DNA from: a virus
DNA: 64,000 nt
Virus record (IMG/VR): IMGVR_UViG_3300003177_000010
Span: 32,001 to 96,000 of that record
Reading direction: 5' to 3' (one strand)
Shown piece by piece: positions 61,084-64,000 of this stretch. Every line of letters starts with the position of its first letter. Within the stretch, counting starts at the first letter, position 1. A model generated the notes under the pieces. The model was not told where the DNA came from. It searched no databases and was given only the letters and a program-made list of their open reading frames with translations. The translations under genes were made by a program, and so were the position numbers.

Positions 61084-61738
61084 CCTTTATTACTTCTGAT
61101 TTTCCGTGTTCTATAGCTTGAATATAACCGCTTATAAACTGGCCTGCTACGCGTACCTCTCCATAATGAAGAGCTACAGGAGTATCACTAGTTGTAGAAT
61201 TCGATAAGGAACTAAACATATCATTTCTACTAGCTTTATCTTTATTACCCGATTTCTTAGTGAACATTGCTACAAAACCAGATAAAATTAAATTTATACC
61301 TATATTAGTAATTGTACCTGCAATAGTAGCTTCTAAAGCCCCACCAGCAGCAGCACCCAAAACTCCCCCTATAGCGGGAGCTAAGGTACCCGCAGAAGCA
61401 ACTAACGCTACTCCTAAAAGTACAGTCATTAAGCCGTTATCTCCGCCACCACCTACTATAGTAGGTACTATATATATCTTATCATTTTTTTTAGGTACTC
61501 TAATCATTAACTCTTCTATGCTTATTATATTAAAGTCCTTATCTAAAATAACAAAACAATCCGTCTCTCCGTTAACAAGTTGCTGCTTTATGAAACCAAT
61601 AAAAGATTTGTGCATAGCGTGTAAATAGGTAATTAGTTCACTATAAGTACTTAAGTCTGTGCTAAACGATTTACTAGGGAAAAACCTTTTGAATGCTGAA
61701 TGTACGTGAATATTAACTATCAAGGTGCTTACTCTCAA
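61064..61738 (-). CDS. Tail assembly protein I-like
   Basis: IVPTIVGGG, hydrophobic segment, PVALHYGE..V. Confidence 0.85.
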   Translation of the reverse strand: MRVSTLIVNIHVHSAFKRFFPSKSFSTDLSTYSELITYLHAMHKSFIGFIKQQLVNGETDCFVILDKDFNIISIEELMIRVPKKNDKIYIVPTIVGGGGDNGLMTVLLGVALVASAGTLAPAIGGVLGAAAGGALEATIAGTITNIGINLILSGFVAMFTKKSGNKDKASRNDMFSSLSNSTTSDTPVALHYGEVRVAGQFISGYIQAIEHGKSEVIKVGNFFG

Positions 61739-62084
61739 ATTCTTCGAATTTTAGTGCATGTACATTAGAATCGTACCAATACGTATATATTTTGTTAATG
61801 AACCCAACAAAAAATTTATACTCACTAAACATAGTACTCATTTTATCTTCTTTACTAGGTATAGGGTCTTCTTCTCCTGGGTGGGAATGAAATATACCGA
61901 AGATATTACCATCATTAACTACTAAGGCTTCAGGATCTAAAAAAAATGTAGTTTTTGGGGTACTACTTATATTTTTACAAGGTATATACTGCATATCTTT
62001 AGTAACTAGCCCTACGCATTCTCTAGGAAAATCCTTGAGTGCATGTGCTTTCATTTCTTTTTTTATCCTATTAAAGGTGTCCAT
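61713..62084 (-). CDS. JAB/MPN-domain tail assembly protein (gpK N-terminal-like)
   Basis: PRECVG, FHSHP, PSKED. Confidence 0.88.
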   Translation of the reverse strand: MDTFNRIKKEMKAHALKDFPRECVGLVTKDMQYIPCKNISSTPKTTFFLDPEALVVNDGNIFGIFHSHPGEEDPIPSKEDKMSTMFSEYKFFVGFINKIYTYWYDSNVHALKFEEFESKHLDS

Positions 62085-62506
62085 CTAAATATTCCTGTAG
62101 TATATTGTCTATAGTAGCTACCGTATGGAGCCAGCCAGCTTACATGTCCTGGCATACTATGTAAAATTTTATTTGCACCTATAAATAATGCACAATGATT
62201 AGATATATTAGTGCTGCCAATGCTCATAATCACTATATCTAAAGTGCTGGCAGTATCTACCTGTTTCCAGTAGTGGCTATTAGTAGTAAAGTTAACACCT
62301 TTATACAATAAATCTTCTGTAGTTCTGTTATACCAATCTTCTTCTATTATATTACAAAAGTCAGATGTTTTAATAGGAATACTAACATTACTTTCTTGCT
62401 CAATTACGAACTTACATAAGTTAAAACAGTCAATACCTGTATGTATATTATCACCTAAATGCTTAAAAGGGGCGCCTAAATACTTATTATACCAGAGTGT
62501 ATACAT
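62063..62506 (-). CDS. NlpC/P60 protein
   Basis: GIDC, HCALF, ILH. Confidence 0.85.
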   Translation of the reverse strand: MYTLWYNKYLGAPFKHLGDNIHTGIDCFNLCKFVIEQESNVSIPIKTSDFCNIIEEDWYNRTTEDLLYKGVNFTTNSHYWKQVDTASTLDIVIMSIGSTNISNHCALFIGANKILHSMPGHVSWLAPYGSYYRQYTTGIFRWTPLIG

Positions 62507-62864
62507 TATATAGCCTTTTTAACCATAAGTCATTAATAATATCAATCTTCGCATAGGAACCTTTTAATATGTGGAACATTCTAAAGGTGGGTATATAGAT
62601 TGCAAAATGTATAATTTTATTTTTATTCCTAAATACTAGTAAATCATATTTTTTAACATTTTGCAAGTCAATTTTTATAAAATAGTTTAATAGGTGCTCA
62701 TCTATATAGCCTATAGACATCTCAGTCATCCATTCGTCAGATTTAGGGTACTTTGGTAGTTCTATAAGAATACCTAGTTCTTTTTCATAAAACTGTTTAA
62801 TTAACTCTACACAATCAAAGGTGCCGTATTCATGCTTAATATCCATATATGGTAATATGCTCAT
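62487..62864 (-). CDS. NlpC/P60 protein
   Basis: FDC, HFAIY, MFH. Confidence 0.8.
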   Translation of the reverse strand: MSILPYMDIKHEYGTFDCVELIKQFYEKELGILIELPKYPKSDEWMTEMSIGYIDEHLLNYFIKIDLQNVKKYDLLVFRNKNKIIHFAIYIPTFRMFHILKGSYAKIDIINDLWLKRLYNVYTLV

Positions 62865-64000
62865 TGCTTTGGTATAGTCCTATTAGTACCAGGAAACCCG
62901 CCAAAATGTAATTCATTATTTCGTAATGAGCAAGCTTTAAAAGACTTACTACATATATCTTGTGACCCTATAGCATTATTAGCTTCTATAGAATTACTAT
63001 TGGATACCTTATTAGTGCCTGGAATAGGTAAGCCCCCTGGGCCAGGGTATTGACACTCCTCACCCTTATATAGCCACTGACAGGTATTTTTATAATATTT
63101 TCGTCTAGGGGTAACCATCTTAAAGTATTGTAACCAGGACACTAATCCAAATTTAGCTACGTGGTCCGTTAACCCTTCTAATTGATTAATTTTAAATACA
63201 TCAGAATGAAAACTATCAGGGTCAGCTAAAGGATTAACTATATAAATAGCATCGCTAATGCTTGTAGCACTATTCAGAGATTTAGATAGGTGTAATAACT
63301 CATTATTTTCTATATCAATAATTGTAGCTTCTTCTGGTCCTGCAGAGGACTTTACATTGTCACCTATTCTATAAGCTAACGCGCTAGAGACTTTAATAAG
63401 GTCACTATTTACATTAGATGCAATACTATACTCAGGCCAGTAGTCTAAAAAATTAGCAAAGGTTGTTTTAATTTCTACAATACCTCCTAATAAGTCTCTA
63501 GTATCTAACTTTTGTTCCTGCCAAGTACCGTTCACTGATTTAGTCTGAGCATAAGTGAATGTTGCATTAGTAGTACCGTAAGCATTGACTACTGAATTAG
63601 AGTACAACAACCCGTTTGACCTAGCCCTAGACAAGCTATCATATGCTGTAGAACCAGCTATTCCTACATCAGAAGGATTAGCGTTGACAGTCCTAGGGTC
63701 GATACCATTAACAAATTCATTATTAACATAGGCTACTACAGAATTAGAAATATTATTGCCTACTAAGTAAGGGTCTTCTATAAGAGAAGTTATTATGTTA
63801 TCTACATTAAATAAGGAGATAGACAGATCATTTATTTTGCCATCAGCACCTTGGTCAAAACTGTCTATAGCAACAGGATAAGGCATATAACTAGAAGAGC
63901 CATAAGTTACATTATATTGTAAATCGTTAGCTGTATCTCCTACTATTTCTGCAAATCTAATAGGAAAAGTATTAGGCCAAGCTCTACCTTCTCCGAGTCC
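62861..64000 (-). CDS. Tail tip protein L-like, 5' end probably outside the window
   Basis: C.W.YKG.EC.Y, D.CSK...C..R, FGGFP Fe-S motif. Confidence 0.85.
   Translation of the reverse strand, partial: GLGEGRAWPNTFPIRFAEIVGDTANDLQYNVTYGSSSYMPYPVAIDSFDQGADGKINDLSISLFNVDNIITSLIEDPYLVGNNISNSVVAYVNNEFVNGIDPRTVNANPSDVGIAGSTAYDSLSRARSNGLLYSNSVVNAYGTTNATFTYAQTKSVNGTWQEQKLDTRDLLGGIVEIKTTFANFLDYWPEYSIASNVNSDLIKVSSALAYRIGDNVKSSAGPEEATIIDIENNELLHLSKSLNSATSISDAIYIVNPLADPDSFHSDVFKINQLEGLTDHVAKFGLVSWLQYFKMVTPRRKYYKNTCQWLYKGEECQYPGPGGLPIPGTNKVSNSNSIEANNAIGSQDICSKSFKACSLRNNELHFGGFPGTNRTIPKQ

Noticed and set aside
10407-61628. Many antisense ORFs inside well-supported genes (for example 10407, 11052, 13782, 24286, 30391, 36492, 54712, 61260)
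   Set aside because: Opposite-strand shadows with no motifs or SD.

Overview
AT-rich segment of a large, apparently lytic siphophage with a T5-like core: D5, helicase, primase, PolA, D10-D15, a lambda/T5-like tail tip, NrdJ, ThyA and DHFR. The circularly permuted tmRNA (tag ANDNIAPKDYALVA) points to an alphaproteobacterial host. Layout: (i) 1-10 kb, minus strand, translation island with 17 tRNAs, 2 degenerate tRNAs, two-piece tmRNA, TilS, HAD RNA-repair-type genes and several unexplained structured RNAs; (ii) 10-21 kb, minus-strand accessory, proteostasis and lysis genes; (iii) 21-29.5 kb, bS21, a porin-like gene and a nucleotide-sugar/glycosyltransferase cluster; (iv) 29.7-53.8 kb, replication and nucleotide metabolism with two inteins; (v) 53.8-64 kb, minus-strand tail genes. 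The top finding is absent from the ORF track. A promoter, a 24-codon leader peptide (MRLFNIQENICAWDFPMAYEGYGG) and competing antiterminator/terminator hairpins (9185-9395) sit at the head of the tRNA array. The leader's amino acids closely match the tRNAs encoded downstream, which suggests a translation-sensing attenuator that switches on phage tRNAs when decoding fails. All calls were made by eye from motifs; no searches were run.
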